Source: the human T2T-CHM13v2.0 reference genome, Homo sapiens
DNA length: 64,000 nucleotides
Strand: one strand, 5' to 3'
Assembly (NCBI RefSeq): GCF_009914755.1
Contig: NC_060928.1
A model generated the notes under the pieces. It did not search any database, had not been told where the DNA came from, and worked only from the letters and a program-made list of their open reading frames with translations. The translations under genes were made by a program, and so were the position numbers. Below are positions 29,601 to 42,353 of the stretch, in pieces; within the stretch, counting starts at the first letter, position 1, and each line of letters begins with the position of its first letter.

Positions 29601-29908
29601 CTTCACAGCACTTAAACTTGTCTTCCTAGCTGCCCAAGATTACATACACAAATCACTTGACAAAAGTGGTGTAAGACTCTTGTGCATAGATAACCACACA
29701 AGACAATTGTCTTGTTCTAACCCTTAAAGAGTTCCACAAAGTGAAATGTTTTATAATCCTTTTTTGTGCAGTAGGCAAGGAAGAAAAGAAAGGAGGTTGG
29801 GCAAAGATTATCCAAAAGAAAGAAAGAGACTCTTTTGGGGTTCCAGTTGAAACACAATAAAGAACATAATTAACTTTACAATTCTTTGTGTTTTTCATTT
29901 GACTGCAG

Positions 29909-30060
29909 GGAGGAGATGAAAGAGGACTGCTAAGCCTCGCATTCCATCCCAATTACAAGAAAAATGGAAAGTTGTATGTGTCCTATACCACCAACCAAGA
30001 ACGGTGGGCTATCGGGCCTCATGACCACATTCTTAGGGTTGTGGAATACACAGTATCCAG
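29909..30060 (+). CDS. HHIP: HHIP exon 5 (152 nt), beta-propeller: GGDERGLLSLAFHPNYKKNGKLYVSYTTNQERWAIGPHDHILRVVEYTVS(R)
   Basis: Manual translation; acceptor ctgcag| and donor CAG|gtatca; peptide recognised as HHIP. Confidence 0.97.
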
Positions 30061-30464
30061 GTATCACTAAAAGGCATCGAAGCATAGAAATTTCTCATCT
30101 TATTTTCTCATCATCTTTTCATAAGTTTTTTTATTTAGAAGTTGCAAATAAGTAACCATAAGGTGGCAATAATTAAATCATTACCTCCATCTTGCTGAAA
30201 ACTCCATATGTGTCTTTAAGAGAAATGGAGAACAACAATGGTTTTGACATTTTTCCTCAATTATCTCTCAACTTAAAGGCTACCTCTGAAACTTGGAAAA
30301 TAATGTGATTTTCCAGCAATTTCTGTTAGCTCCATTTCAAATATATGTTTCCTTATTTACTATGTGCCAGGAGTTTGTTTTTTCATTTATATACTATTCA
30401 CTTTCTGATGGACTCATCTTAAATCTTTTAACAGTCATGGTATTGTTTTCTTCCCACAATGTAG

Positions 30465-30638
30465 AAAAAATCCACACCAAGTTGATTTGAGAACAGCCAG
30501 AGTCTTTCTTGAAGTTGCAGAACTCCACAGAAAGCATCTGGGAGGACAACTGCTCTTTGGCCCTGACGGCTTTTTGTACATCATTCTTGGTGATGGGATG
30601 ATTACACTGGATGATATGGAAGAAATGGATGGGTTAAG
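30465..30638 (+). CDS. HHIP: HHIP exon 6 (174 nt): (R)KNPHQVDLRTARVFLEVAELHRKHLGGQLLFGPDGFLYIILGDGMITLDDMEEMDGL(S); includes the Hedgehog-binding loop with Asp383 (GAT 30628-30630)
   Basis: aatgtag| acceptor, AAG|gtaaaa donor; frame continues from exon 5 (phase 2). Confidence 0.97.
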
Positions 30639-31150
30639 GTAAAAGGCTGATCACAGATGGGTTCCTCTCAAGGTTAAAATAGTTTAAGTGCCAGAAGAAA
30701 AGGTGGGCACCAGTGAATTAAGAACCATCTTTGAATGGTCACCTTGGTTAAATACTTAACTTTTGTCATCAGTGTCTGCATTTATGAAATGAAGAGGAAT
30801 TCACTAATATGCTACGTGATCTTTTGTTTGTCATGAAAAGAGTTACTGTTGTGTAGTTCTCTGTTCCAGGGCTGCCTCTGCTCCACAAAGCACTGAGAAG
30901 CAGTGGCCCTGTACAACCATACTGCCTCTCAACACTGTGTAATAGGCTAACACCGCCCAGCGAACCTTCCTGGGAGATATAGAATACATAGGTTTAGGCT
31001 GACAAAAATTAAGAGAACAGAGGCAAAAAAAAAAAAAAAAAAAAAAAAAAGCAGTGTACTACTGATGCCACAGTCCTCAGCCACCATCACACAGTGTCTT
31101 GGTTCAGTTGCTTGTCTGGAACGGCCCAGTTTCATTTTCCACAATAAGGA

Positions 31151-31434
31151 ATTTATTTTATTTAATTATTCCTTTATTTATTCAGACAAGGTCTCACTCT
31201 ATTGCTCAGGCCAGCATGTAGCAGCACCATTATGGCTCACTGTGGCTTCAAACCCCTGGGCTCAAGAGATCCGCCTGGCCGCATGCCACCACATCTGGCT
31301 CATTTTAAAATTTTTTGTAGAGATGGAGTCTCGCTATGTTGCCAGGCTGGCCTTGAACTCTTGGCATTAAACAATCCTCTCACCTTGGCTTCCCAAAGTG
31401 CTGGGATTACAGACGTGAGCCACTGCATCCAGCC
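31151..31434 (-). mobile_element. AluJ in HHIP intron 6
   Basis: Diverged antisense Alu with J-type features (gggctcaagagatcc, gtctcgctatgttgcc). Confidence 0.9.
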
Positions 31435-31559
31435 ACTTTAATATTTTATTTCAACTAAGGGGATGATTTTTTCATCAATAGAGCAACCTCACCATATTTA
31501 ATATAGGTGAAATATATAATGAAAATGTAAAACACATACTCTGTCCCCCAATTTCTCAG

Positions 31560-31703
31560 TGATTTCACAGGCTCAGTGCTACGGCTGGATGTGGACACAG
31601 ACATGTGCAACGTGCCTTATTCCATACCAAGGAGCAACCCACACTTCAACAGCACCAACCAGCCCCCCGAAGTGTTTGCTCATGGGCTCCACGATCCAGG
31701 CAG
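31560..31703 (+). CDS. HHIP: HHIP exon 7 (144 nt): (S)DFTGSVLRLDVDTDMCNVPYSIPRSNPHFNSTNQPPEVFAHGLHDPG(R)
   Basis: tttctcag| acceptor, CAG|gtgaga donor; frame continuous. Confidence 0.97.
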
Positions 31704-33154
31704 GTGAGAACACAAGTCTGTCTTCTCACTGGCTTTTAAGCCAGGCGGGGATCCGAGAACTGGGAAAATATAGCATAGAGCATATACCATCACAGAGCAG
31801 CCAAAGGTAGTATCTAAGGCCATGCCTCTAAAGTCACAACAGGTCATTACTCAAGTGAGTATTTAGCACTCTGTCTTCTATTACTGTGAGAAGCAGATTG
31901 AGAAGGCAGATTAGACAACGAAAAGGACAAATTCATGGAGAAAATTTCACCTTAAAATGTGGAGAGGTTATTATCAGATAAACACTATTGGACTAGTATA
32001 ATGACCAAGACTTTAATCTGAACAGTTTAGAGAGATCAACTTTTTGATTTGTCTCCTTAAATCCCACTAAGTCTTAAGTTCTTTATATATTACATGGCGG
32101 TGATAATAACTGCCTTGCTATGATTAAATAAAAATCTGTAAGTAAAGTACCAAATAGTGTGTCTGACTCCTGGTAGGTTTTAAATGAATTGCAATTCTTG
32201 TTATCATAGCTTCACTTAAATATGATGCTGCAGTGTTAATTTGCAAGGAGTTGAGCTAAATATTAACTTTTATTTCACTTTGAAAACATTGCAAATACTA
32301 AAGGACTCCATATTAACTGTTGGTACTACCATGAACCAAAACAAAGGAAAACTAAAAAGTATGTAGGGTGGGAAATTTGGGGTACATTTTGTAAAAATGC
32401 TATGAAGTATAATACAGCAATTTCAGTAACGAAAGCTTCATCCAGTCTATGGTCTATTATTCATACTCAGGGATATCTGGCCACATCCATTTATTCACTA
32501 AGTAGGTTATTATTACCATTTAATGTTTATTGAGTGTTCACTATGTGCAAGGTGAATATTTCTCAAACTTTTTATTTTTATAATCCCTCATGCCCTTCAT
32601 CTCTCCTCCATCAAACCCAAGTCTACAGTTCATTTCCTTTTTGGCATCTCAGCAGATCTTAAAATCTGTGAGACAGGGAATACTTAAGGTGGGTTCAGGA
32701 TGTGGAGGAAACTGTCACATTCCATTCCTAGAGCTCAGAACTCACAGATACCACCACAAAGCAACACTTTGAAGTCAGGCAGCCTGAGTCACCACAATCC
32801 CGCTGGAGCTTTCTCACAACCTTCCTGGGGGTCCTGAACCTCAATGCAAAAACATGGGATGAGGTGCTTTACAGACCAGATGTGTGGCAAGATGCCTGTG
32901 CTGCGGAGCCTCCCCACCTCTGGTGGCAGAGGGCTGAAGGAAAAGTTGGTGTTTATATTCCACCTCCCTCCAAAAGTATTCTAAGCAGAAGACGATTTAA
33001 TAAAGCAGAAAGAAAACTAAATTAATTATTGGCTAAAAATAAAGGGAACTTTTATTAAGCACTTGCTGTGGGGTGCTGAACTAAGTATCTTGTGTACTTT
33101 ATCTCCTCTCTGCTTCTCAGCAAGGCTCACCATCAGCCCCACTTCTCCCACTCC

Positions 33155-33450
33155 CCTTTTATTAATAGACTAGTTAAAGGACAGTGATAGATGCACAGCA
33201 AAATTGAGAAAAAGGTATAGACATTTTTATATTACCCGTACCTCCACACATGCATAGTCTCTCGCATTATGATCATCCCCCATAGAGAAACATTTGTTAT
33301 AGTTGATGAACTGACATTGACACGTCATAATCACCCAGAGCCCATGGTTTACATTAGGGTTCACTCTTGGTGTTGTGAATTCTGTAGGTTTAGACAAATG
33401 GATAATGACATGTATCCACCATTATAGTATCACCCAGAGAGTTTCACTGG
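33155..33450 (-). mobile_element. L1MC-type 3'-end fragment within MIR-like sequence
   Basis: cacagcaaaattgag...acatttgttatagttgatgaa...tttacattagggttcactcttggtgttgt...atgacatgtatccaccattatagtatc. Confidence 0.75.
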
Positions 33451-34019
33451 CAGGGCCCTTTTTCACATGAGAAACTGAAGGTTACAAGGGTCAAGCAGTT
33501 CTTAGTGGACCTGGTATTCAGCCAGAGCCATAGCTCCAAGCCCCCAGCAACTCTACCTGGCCTGCTTTCCAGATTTGCTGTTTCTTGTTGGAAACAAGTC
33601 AAACCTCTTTTTCTCATAGTTTCTCTATCTTCAAAGAAAGGTAATAGAGGAAAATGTTCTCTCCACTATGGATTTAGTTCCACCTTAAGTCACAGCATGA
33701 CTGTATCATGATCCCTGCCAGGCATTGTCTTCTGTGAATCATTGAACTAGAGAGGACAATAAAGGGACTGTTGCCACAGAACAACTAACCCATCTTTGGC
33801 AGGTCACGCTTATGGTTTCCCTATCATGAATGAGATCATTGGGAGCCAAGAGTTTATGTTTTGTTTTTTGTTTGTTCTTTTATAATTGCTACATGACTCT
33901 TACGTCTCTTAAGAACCAGCACCAACTCTCAATTTTTTATTTTATTTTTTAAATTTCTTTATTAGCTCCAATGGTTTCATTTTGTTTTTAAGTAATTAAT
34001 ATATTTTGTTGGCCTAGAA

Positions 34020-34248
34020 CAGTGATTCTCAATGGGATAATTTTACCCCCAGGGGACATTTGGCTATGTCTGGGAACATTTTTGGTTTTCACAATTAGAG
34101 TGTGATGGGGGTGAGGGAGTGATGCTACTGGCATTTTGCCTGTAGAGGCCAGAGATGCTGCTAAACACCCTACAGTTGGCAGCACAGCCTCCCCAGACAA
34201 AAAATTACCTGGCCCAAAATGTCAGCAGTGCCAAGATAGAGAAACCTA
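34020..34248. mobile_element. MER20 hAT-Charlie DNA transposon
   Basis: cagtgattctcaa...cccccaggggacatttggctatgtctgg...gatgctgctaaacaccctaca...ggcccaaaatgtcagcagtgccaag...gagaaacc. Confidence 0.88.
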
Positions 34249-34718
34249 AAAACAATGCAAGCCTGTTTTCCACACTTTTGATAACTTCCAAAATTGTATT
34301 ATATAACTTCATTCTTCCCCCAACCCAAGCTCCTCATACCCAGTCCCTCAGTGATTGAAACATTCCACAAACCTTGAACCCCTCTTATATTCCTGGCTTT
34401 GAACCAGATAACAGGAAGATAGTGATGAAGTTGCAAGTCCTACCTCCCCTTATGGAGCTTCCTGTCAGTGGCTTAAGTCACAGAGATACTCTGGCCCCCA
34501 GATTAGGGATGGAAAACATGAAAACAGAGTCAACGTAAAAGACCTCGATATTTGTAGGGACCAGCTTTACTATATTCCTGGAATTAAAGCACATGTTTTC
34601 CTGTGTTAGAGCAGCCTAAGTTTTAGAATGCAGCAATTTCATGTAAGAAACCCAAAATTAATGTTATAACTAGTACTGTTTTGTGTGGCACAGAGATGAG
34701 TTGATGGTAACACTGTTG

Positions 34719-35003
34719 TTTTTTTTATGTTATTTTACCTTAAGTTCTGGGATACATGTGCTGAACTTGCAGGTTTCTTACATAGGTTTACATGTGCCAT
34801 GGTAGTTTGCTGCACCTATCAACCCGTCATCTAGGTTTTAAGCCCGTATGCGTTAGGTATTTGTCCTAAGGCTCTTCGTCCCCCTGCACCCCGCCCCCCA
34901 ACAGGCCCCAGTGTGTGATGTTTCCCTCCCTGTGTCCATGTGTTCTCATTGTTCAACTCCCACTTATGAGTAAGAACAGGCGGTGTTTGGTTTTCTGTTC
35001 CTG
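34719..35003 (-). mobile_element. Short L1PA 3'-UTR fragment
   Basis: taagttctgggatacatgtg...tgttcaactcccacttatgag; TSD GATGGT(A/G)ACAC(T/C)G at ~34703 and ~35004. Confidence 0.92.
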
Positions 35004-35345
35004 GATGGTGACACCGATTCTTATTCACAATACTTTACCAGTGTATTATACATGTGATATTCCTTAAGAACAGACTAACAATTGTTTTAAGACAGTGTGC
35101 ATATTTATAACATAAGAAATTATAAATCATAAGAGAAATTAAGAAATATATTCCAGAGATTAAGCTTCAACCAAGTAAGCAAACACATCGGACTACTTCC
35201 TTCAGTGCTTTCTAGAAGATCCAAACTAAATTGCCATAGGATCCTTGCCAGTCCACAAAGGGCTCCTTCCTATGTCAGGAATCTCCAGTCTGAGCTTGGA
35301 AAAGATCACGGTAGGAATTAATGTGTATCCCCTCTTGTTATGCAG

Positions 35346-35467
35346 ATGTGCTGTGGATAGACATCCCACTGATATAAACATCAATTTAACGATACTGTGT
35401 TCAGACTCCAATGGAAAAAACAGATCATCAGCCAGAATTCTACAGATAATAAAGGGGAAAGATTATG
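35346..35467 (+). CDS. HHIP: HHIP exon 8 (122 nt): (R)CAVDRHPTDININLTILCSDSNGKNRSSARILQIIKGKDY(E)
   Basis: ttatgcag| acceptor, ATG|gtatgt donor; peptide visible inside ORF 35245..35475. Confidence 0.97.
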
Positions 35468-36281
35468 GTATGTAGAGCATAATTTGCTGATTTTGCTTTA
35501 GTTCAAGTTTTGTCTTAGTATATTTAGTAATTGAAGAGAAAGGGATTTCTGAAAAATGAGCATTTGGGAAAGCATAAAAACACTGGCCTAACAATCATGC
35601 AGGAGTAAATTGCTCACTTTTTAAAGCTCCAGTGACTCTTACAAGCCCTGAGGGTTCCATCTGGTTAATTACCATGGATTGAAAGGTTCTCAGTAGGTCC
35701 AAAAAATTTAACCGTCCTTCAAAAGTTAGCAGCTTATATTTTGTTCATCAGAGAATCAAGATGAATAAGTTCTATTCAGTAGGGGAGAGCAGCTTGTCTT
35801 AACATCTTATATACAGAGAAAAAACAAGTGTTAAAAGTAAGACATTTCTCAATATCCAACATGCCTGTCTCAGCAGTTAGGAAAATTGTAAGTGATTCAA
35901 ATAAGAATGTAATTTTTTAAAAAATGTTTATCTTAGAGAAAACAAAGTAATCAACTTGAAAAACAAGTCATGGGAATGGGACATTTAAGCAGTATTTTTA
36001 ATAACATGATTACTTGAATATTTAGAGAGAACATGTAAAAATATAAAGTTGGATAATAATAAAGTTCAAAACACTTAGTATTTTTTAATATTTTAGTATT
36101 TATTCCTTTTGAAGGAAGCAATATATCAACCATTATTATGATTCAGGAAACACAGTAGATTAAGATTATTAAATTGATTGCTTTTTCTATTTACTCATTC
36201 AATACAGATATTTATTTAACACCAGGAATGAAGCAGCTGTGTTAGTTCATGTGGTATTCAGTTATTTTACTTTTTTTTCAG

Positions 36282-36308
36282 GTGTGTGTGTGTGTGTGTG
36301 TGTGTGTG
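36282..36308. repeat. (GT)n microsatellite followed by cacgcgca
   Basis: Direct reading. Confidence 0.95.
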
Positions 36309-36484
36309 CACGCGCATCTTTTAAAAGCCAAACCAAAGAGTAATGTGATTTGGAAAAAAAAAAAAAAACTAATGAGTCACTAGCTCGATGGAATTTTGGC
36401 TACATTTGTAGATTAAACAAAATTCTACAGTCACATTAATTGAGGTTAAGCTAAAATTGGTTACAATATTAACAGCACTACATT

Positions 36485-36730
36485 TATTTATTTTAAAACA
36501 CATCTACAGTGCTTACTACATGCCAGACCCTGTAGTAAGCACTTTATACTCATTTCCTTTACAGAACAACTCTATGTGATAGGCACTATCATTGGCCACA
36601 TTGTACAAATGAGGAAACTGAGGCACAGAAAGATTAATTGTCACACAACACAAAGTGGCAGAGTCTGGATTTGAATCTGACCAGCCTAACTCCAGAGTTT
36701 GTGACCTTAATTATTCAATTATGCTACCTC
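36485..36730 (-). mobile_element. MIR, near full length
   Basis: gtgcttactacatgccagac...acaaatgaggaaactgaggcacagaaagattaa...ggatttgaatc. Confidence 0.85.
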
Positions 36731-37624
36731 TCAGTGTGCTCATTATTTAAAATTTCTCTTATCTTTTCTACTTTTTTGTAGTCTCATATACACCATAATC
36801 ACATGGGAGGGTAAGAGGTCGTTAAAAATTACTATCTTTTCACAAAAGCTTTTGATAAAATCTGTTGATAATGACTTATTTGATCTTAAATACATAAAAG
36901 GTAATTTTCAGATTAATTTGCAAGTAGCTTTAGAGCTTTTCCATTACAATTAGCATGCAGATATCCAAGTATGTAATGGCCTGCACAGAAAGATAGAGAC
37001 ACAAGACTATACACATGTAATCAGGAGTTATTGAAATAGACTTTGTTATCCACACAACTCTATAAACAGAACATTAAAATATTTTAAATGAAGATATTAC
37101 TTGACTAAGTTACAACATTTTCACATATAGAATAAATGCATGTTTAAAGACCTTTTATGTACTATGTTTTTATTTTCATTAAAGTGTAGGCTTTTAAACA
37201 TTTTACATATTTTGACAGAGCTCTGTCTCAATTTACTCAATATATGCAGAAGCATTTCTACACAAAACTTAGTATGTAAAGCCTTAAATGTTTTTTTTTT
37301 AAGTATTTTGGTTCAAAGTAAATAATCATGAGTCCCAAAATATCCAGATTCTAATTTCATTGAAAACTTGGTATGTCTTGCAAATTCAACAACAGCAAGC
37401 GTTTGCGGAGCATTCTGATTTCATTAAGCTGTACATGGATGTCCTTTAATGTTGATACTATTTAGCAAAGACTGTTTTCATTAAATAGCTCTAGCAAGAA
37501 ACCCTTTGGTGTATCATAGAACACATTTCAGAGTTAAATTACTATAGTAATTGTTGTTTGGTGTACATTCCTTTTACTTTATGAAAATATGTTTCATTTG
37601 ATCTAATGCTATGTTTCTTTCCAG

Positions 37625-37748
37625 AAAGTGAGCCATCACTTTTAGAATTCAAGCCATTCAGTAATGGTCCTTTGGTTGGTGGATTTGTATACCGGGGCTG
37701 CCAGTCAGAAAGATTGTATGGAAGCTACGTGTTTGGAGATCGTAATGG
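37625..37748 (+). CDS. HHIP: HHIP exon 9 (124 nt): (E)SEPSLLEFKPFSNGPLVGGFVYRGCQSERLYGSYVFGDRN(G)
   Basis: tttctttccag| acceptor, TGG|gtaggt donor; frame continuous. Confidence 0.97.
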
Positions 37749-38699
37749 GTAGGTTTCCTGATACCACAACAGTATGATATACCAAATGACATATCCATTA
37801 ATCATTTGGCAAACTGCCACAAAATATTCAAATGATTGTCTCTTTTTGTGCATCAGATGGGGAATACACATAAATATTATTTACTTTTAGTTCCATAGAT
37901 ATAGTGGTTTAATTGAAGAACTTCCAAAAAGATGCTCTCTCAACAGGCTTGATAAATTTCATAAAATAATTTTTAAGGGCACAGAAGTCTTCAGATGGAC
38001 TTTTCATATTATTTAGGCTCTTCCCTTCATCCTCAACATAAATTTACCATGACAATAAATAATTTGAAAACTATTGTTTTACTTGCTGTATAAATATTTT
38101 AAAAATTATATTGCAAGGCTCAAGATTTTTGGTTTTGCCAAATTTTCAGGACTTTAAGCGAGATAATATAATTTGTCTCTATAAGTAGGAATAATACAAA
38201 ATTAAATTTTAGTCTCAATTTTCAAGGTCACATTGTGGATAATTGTAAGAAACTCTGTGACGAAATCCAAATTAAGAATCTTGTTTTCCAAGTCACTGGC
38301 ATTCAGGCATATGGCAGAGCTGATACTCTTGGTCGCTACAAGGAACTAGAAAAATGTACTGACCCCATGCTCTTCCCCTGTTCCTCTCTCTGATTAATAG
38401 CACAGCATGGATTCTAGTCCTGGCGAGGAAGTATCATTCTCTGGATGAAGGGGAGGGCTTTTCTCATACTCAGGTACTTTTAGTGCCCCCTCCAAACAAA
38501 ATACTATCTTTAAGTACTTTCTCCGCATATGGGAATTTCACAGTACTCACACACGTTATGGGCTATGTTATTTTTCCCTTTAGAAGCCAGGTCTATGGCA
38601 AAGCAATTGTTTGTTATGAATTTTATTTTAAACATCTTATTGTCATCAATAAACAAAAGTGTGTATTCATTGTAGCTTTATGGTATGTTTCTGTTGTAG

Positions 38700-38830
38700 G
38701 AATTTCCTAACTCTCCAGCAAAGTCCTGTGACAAAGCAGTGGCAAGAAAAACCACTCTGTCTCGGCACTAGTGGGTCCTGTAGAGGCTACTTTTCCGGTC
38801 ACATCTTGGGATTTGGAGAAGATGAACTAG
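38700..38830 (+). CDS. HHIP: HHIP exon 10 (131 nt): (G)NFLTLQQSPVTKQWQEKPLCLGTSGSCRGYFSGHILGFGEDEL(G)
   Basis: ctgttgtag| acceptor, TAG|gtactg donor; peptide visible inside ORF 38659..38907. Confidence 0.97.
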
Positions 38831-39931
38831 GTACTGTACAATCTAGTTCTGTTAAGTTTCATTCTCACTTCCTTTTTCAAGAGGCTTTGTTCTGCCCTGA
38901 AGAATAAATACAGCAATCTTATCCTCTACTTGTTGGAAATGTAATCCACAGCAAAGATGACCTACTCCAGAGATTAAGACAGTCCAGTTACATATTCTCT
39001 ACCAGTAACTTTTCCCTGAGAGCCTTTATATTTTATTTTCACACTAGAAATACCAAAATATAAGGCAGAAAAATGGGAGGCAGGAAAAGAATTTTTTAGT
39101 CCTGAAGAGATAATTTTTTAAATGTTTAATGATATTTTTGATTATACATCTGAGTAGTTTGTGTATATTCTCTATCTAAAAACCTTTCCATGTATCCATG
39201 TCTCTTGGAATAAATAAAAAAGTTTTGTTGGAATCTGAAACTTGCCTTACCCGCTATTTCTTTTTTCTTTTTTCTTTTTGCCCATTGGGGCACGAAATTT
39301 GAGCAAGATGATCTGAGTGCAGTTCTTCTTTCCAATAGAATAGAAATTATGTTCTCATGGGACAATCTATGGTATAACATATAATATACTTCTTGGCATG
39401 TTTACCAAAATGTATGCAGCTTAAAAAGCAAAAAAGAAGTTGAAATTGAAATATGATCAGTGAGTAAAAATTTTATTCTCTACTAATTTAAATTACAGAG
39501 ATCAATGTAGTTTCATAGTGACTCCCTTTAAAAAATAATATTCAAACAAACCTTAACTATTATGCTCCTTTAGCCTCAGAGATAAATTTCTAGGCATAAA
39601 GAAGAATGTATGTTTCCCATGTTAATCAGAATATTTTCTCTAAAACTTCAGATTTGGTTTTTTTTACATCAAATGGAGACTTCATCAGAAATAGTTCCAT
39701 GCCCTTTACTTAGAATAATAAGGGACTCAGACAAGACTGTTGAAACACATAAGATAAGTTTCAGAGCCACAGGAATATAACAATTCAAAGAAGAGAATCC
39801 AGTCTATTCTTTGCTTGTTCCAGCACTGAAAGCAATTTAAAATTTTTCCTTAACATTCCCCTACCGCACTCAAAGGAACCAGAAAGATACTTCCCCTAAC
39901 TTACATCCTCTGTAATATAATTTTAATTTCA

Positions 39932-40309
<378 letters not shown>

Positions 40310-41132
40310 TTAGAGATGAATGTTTAAATGTTGTGACTGAATAATTCTGATTTTCCCAGACCTTGCTACAAATGATTCATCATCACTCATTATGTTAACG
40401 TCACCACCATTAGGTAAAATATTCCAAATGTCTGTGTACACCTAATACTATTTAGAAGCAGAACTAAAAAATAAAGATATATAATCCTGACTCTCCAAAA
40501 GCTACAACCCTGTATATACCTCATAATTAAAATAAATACAGTTTCACTGGATTACATTTTAATGTGAAACTCGCTAGCTTTAATTGAAGAACCATATAAG
40601 AAAATGAGTAAGTTTTTGCACCTTTTGAAATAAAAGTATTGAGAGTCTGGGACTTTGCATATTATTTTTTTAACTATAAAGTCAGGATGGATTTGTTGTG
40701 AGGATTAAATGAAGTAAACTATAAAATACTTGACAAAATAATATTAATTCTTTTGCTTACATTGCTTTGTACTTTCATTTTTATTTTTTCTGTTGTGCCT
40801 ACGTTTTTAGTACAAACTGTGTAAATCCTTTTCAGAAGTAGAAAAGTAGCAGGGTGTGTTTAATGCACAATAATAAGAGAAATATAGACTAAAGGATTTT
40901 TCATGGGGGAGGACCAAATATAAATTTTAAAACTTTATAAATGTGTAATTATAAATATGGCTTCAAATTTTCTATTCACATGATCAATTCAACACATAGA
41001 ATTATATGGAAGTAGTGGTGATAAACGGGGTGGTTTTCTCCTAAAAGAGTACCCCATCTGTTGTATTTCATCATTATGAACACAGCTAGCATCAAGAGTT
41101 AGAGTTTAGAGAGTTGAGACTGAGCATCAAGG

Positions 41133-41166
<34 letters not shown>
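41133..41166. repeat. (TC)n microsatellite
   Basis: Direct reading. Confidence 0.9.
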
Positions 41167-41344
41167 AATCCTTCTCTCCCCTCTCCCCCAGTGTTTATTT
41201 TAACATATTTTGATGTACTTTCATGTCTTCTAAAAAGCTAAAGAAGGCACAACCCAATTTCATGTGGCCTCAAATTATCAATTAACGGTAACAACTTGAT
41301 AACTGACATGTATCAATCTTGCACAGAAATAAATCAAGATAAAA

Positions 41345-42200
41345 TTTGTCCATTCAATATCCATTCTACAAATATTTATTGAGCACCTTCTCTGTGCAAA
41401 GCTCTGTTCTGGATGCTGGGGATGCAGCAGTGGATAAAGAGACAAAAGTCTAAACTAGTGTCATGAAATTTATATTGTACAGGAGGAGGAAAATCAAAAT
41501 AAATTTTTAAAAAATACGGTACATAAATTGGTAATAAATGCTTTGAAGAAAAATCTAGTAGTAAAGAGGAATTTGTTGGGAGTTGGGGAAGGTGCGATTT
41601 TAAAGTGCAGTCAGGAAAGGTGATATTTAAGTACAGCCTTGAAGAAGGGGGGAAAAAATGAACCTAGTGGAGACTCACAGGAAGATGGAGCCTGTAATAG
41701 GGGCCTGGAACAGCAAGAACTTGAGACAGAAGCCTGAGCTGGGAACTTGCCTCTCCTGTGTGAAATCACAAGCCGGTGAGGCTAGAGAAGAGTGAACAAG
41801 AGGGCAAAATGTTGCAGATGAGGTTATAGCAGTAAGTGCTACTGTCAGGACTTGCTTTTGCTCTGGATGAGATAAGAAGCTATTGCAGGGCATTGAAACA
41901 AAGGAGTGTGATCCAACGTACATGATCTAACTCCTTTGAAAAGAATCACTGTGGCTGGTACGTTGAGAATACACACAGAAGAACAAGAGTGGCAACAGGG
42001 AGCTCAGTTAGACAGCTGTTGCCATAATCTAGATGAGAAATAATATCTGCTTGCACTGGAGTAGTAGTGGGATATGGAAAGGAGTGACTGGAATCTGGAA
42101 TTCTGGATGCACTGTAAAGGCAGACATGTGAGACTCTTGCATAATCTTTAGGCAAGTGATTTTCTTGTGGATAGATGGAGATAGATTGACATATAGAATA
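41345..42200 (-). mobile_element. L2 element 3' portion, ending just upstream of exon 11
   Basis: cattctacaaatatttattgagcacc...ctggggatgcagcagtg...aagaatcactgtggctgg... typical L2a. Confidence 0.85.
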
Positions 42201-42271
42201 ACTGCCAGGCAATAGGAAGTAAGGACCTCTACTGCTATAAATTTGCTTATTGTTATTTCTTTCTTTAACAG

Positions 42272-42353
42272 GTGAAGTTTACATTTTATCAAGCAGTAAA
42301 AGTATGACCCAGACTCACAATGGAAAACTCTACAAAATTGTAGATCCCAAAAG
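42272..42353 (+). CDS. HHIP: HHIP exon 11 (82 nt): (G)EVYILSSSKSMTQTHNGKLYKIVDPK(R)
   Basis: ttctttaacag| acceptor, AAG|gtgaga donor; frame continuous. Confidence 0.96.

Noticed and set aside
32912-32930. Quasi-palindrome CCACCTCTGGTGGCA resembling a CTCF site
   Set aside because: Mismatches at core positions in either orientation; cannot be supported without a PWM score or ChIP data.
35245-35475. ORF extending exon 8 upstream in frame (similarly 38659..38907 around exon 10)
   Set aside because: Only the segments between the AG and GT sites match HHIP; the extensions are chance stop-free intron sequence.
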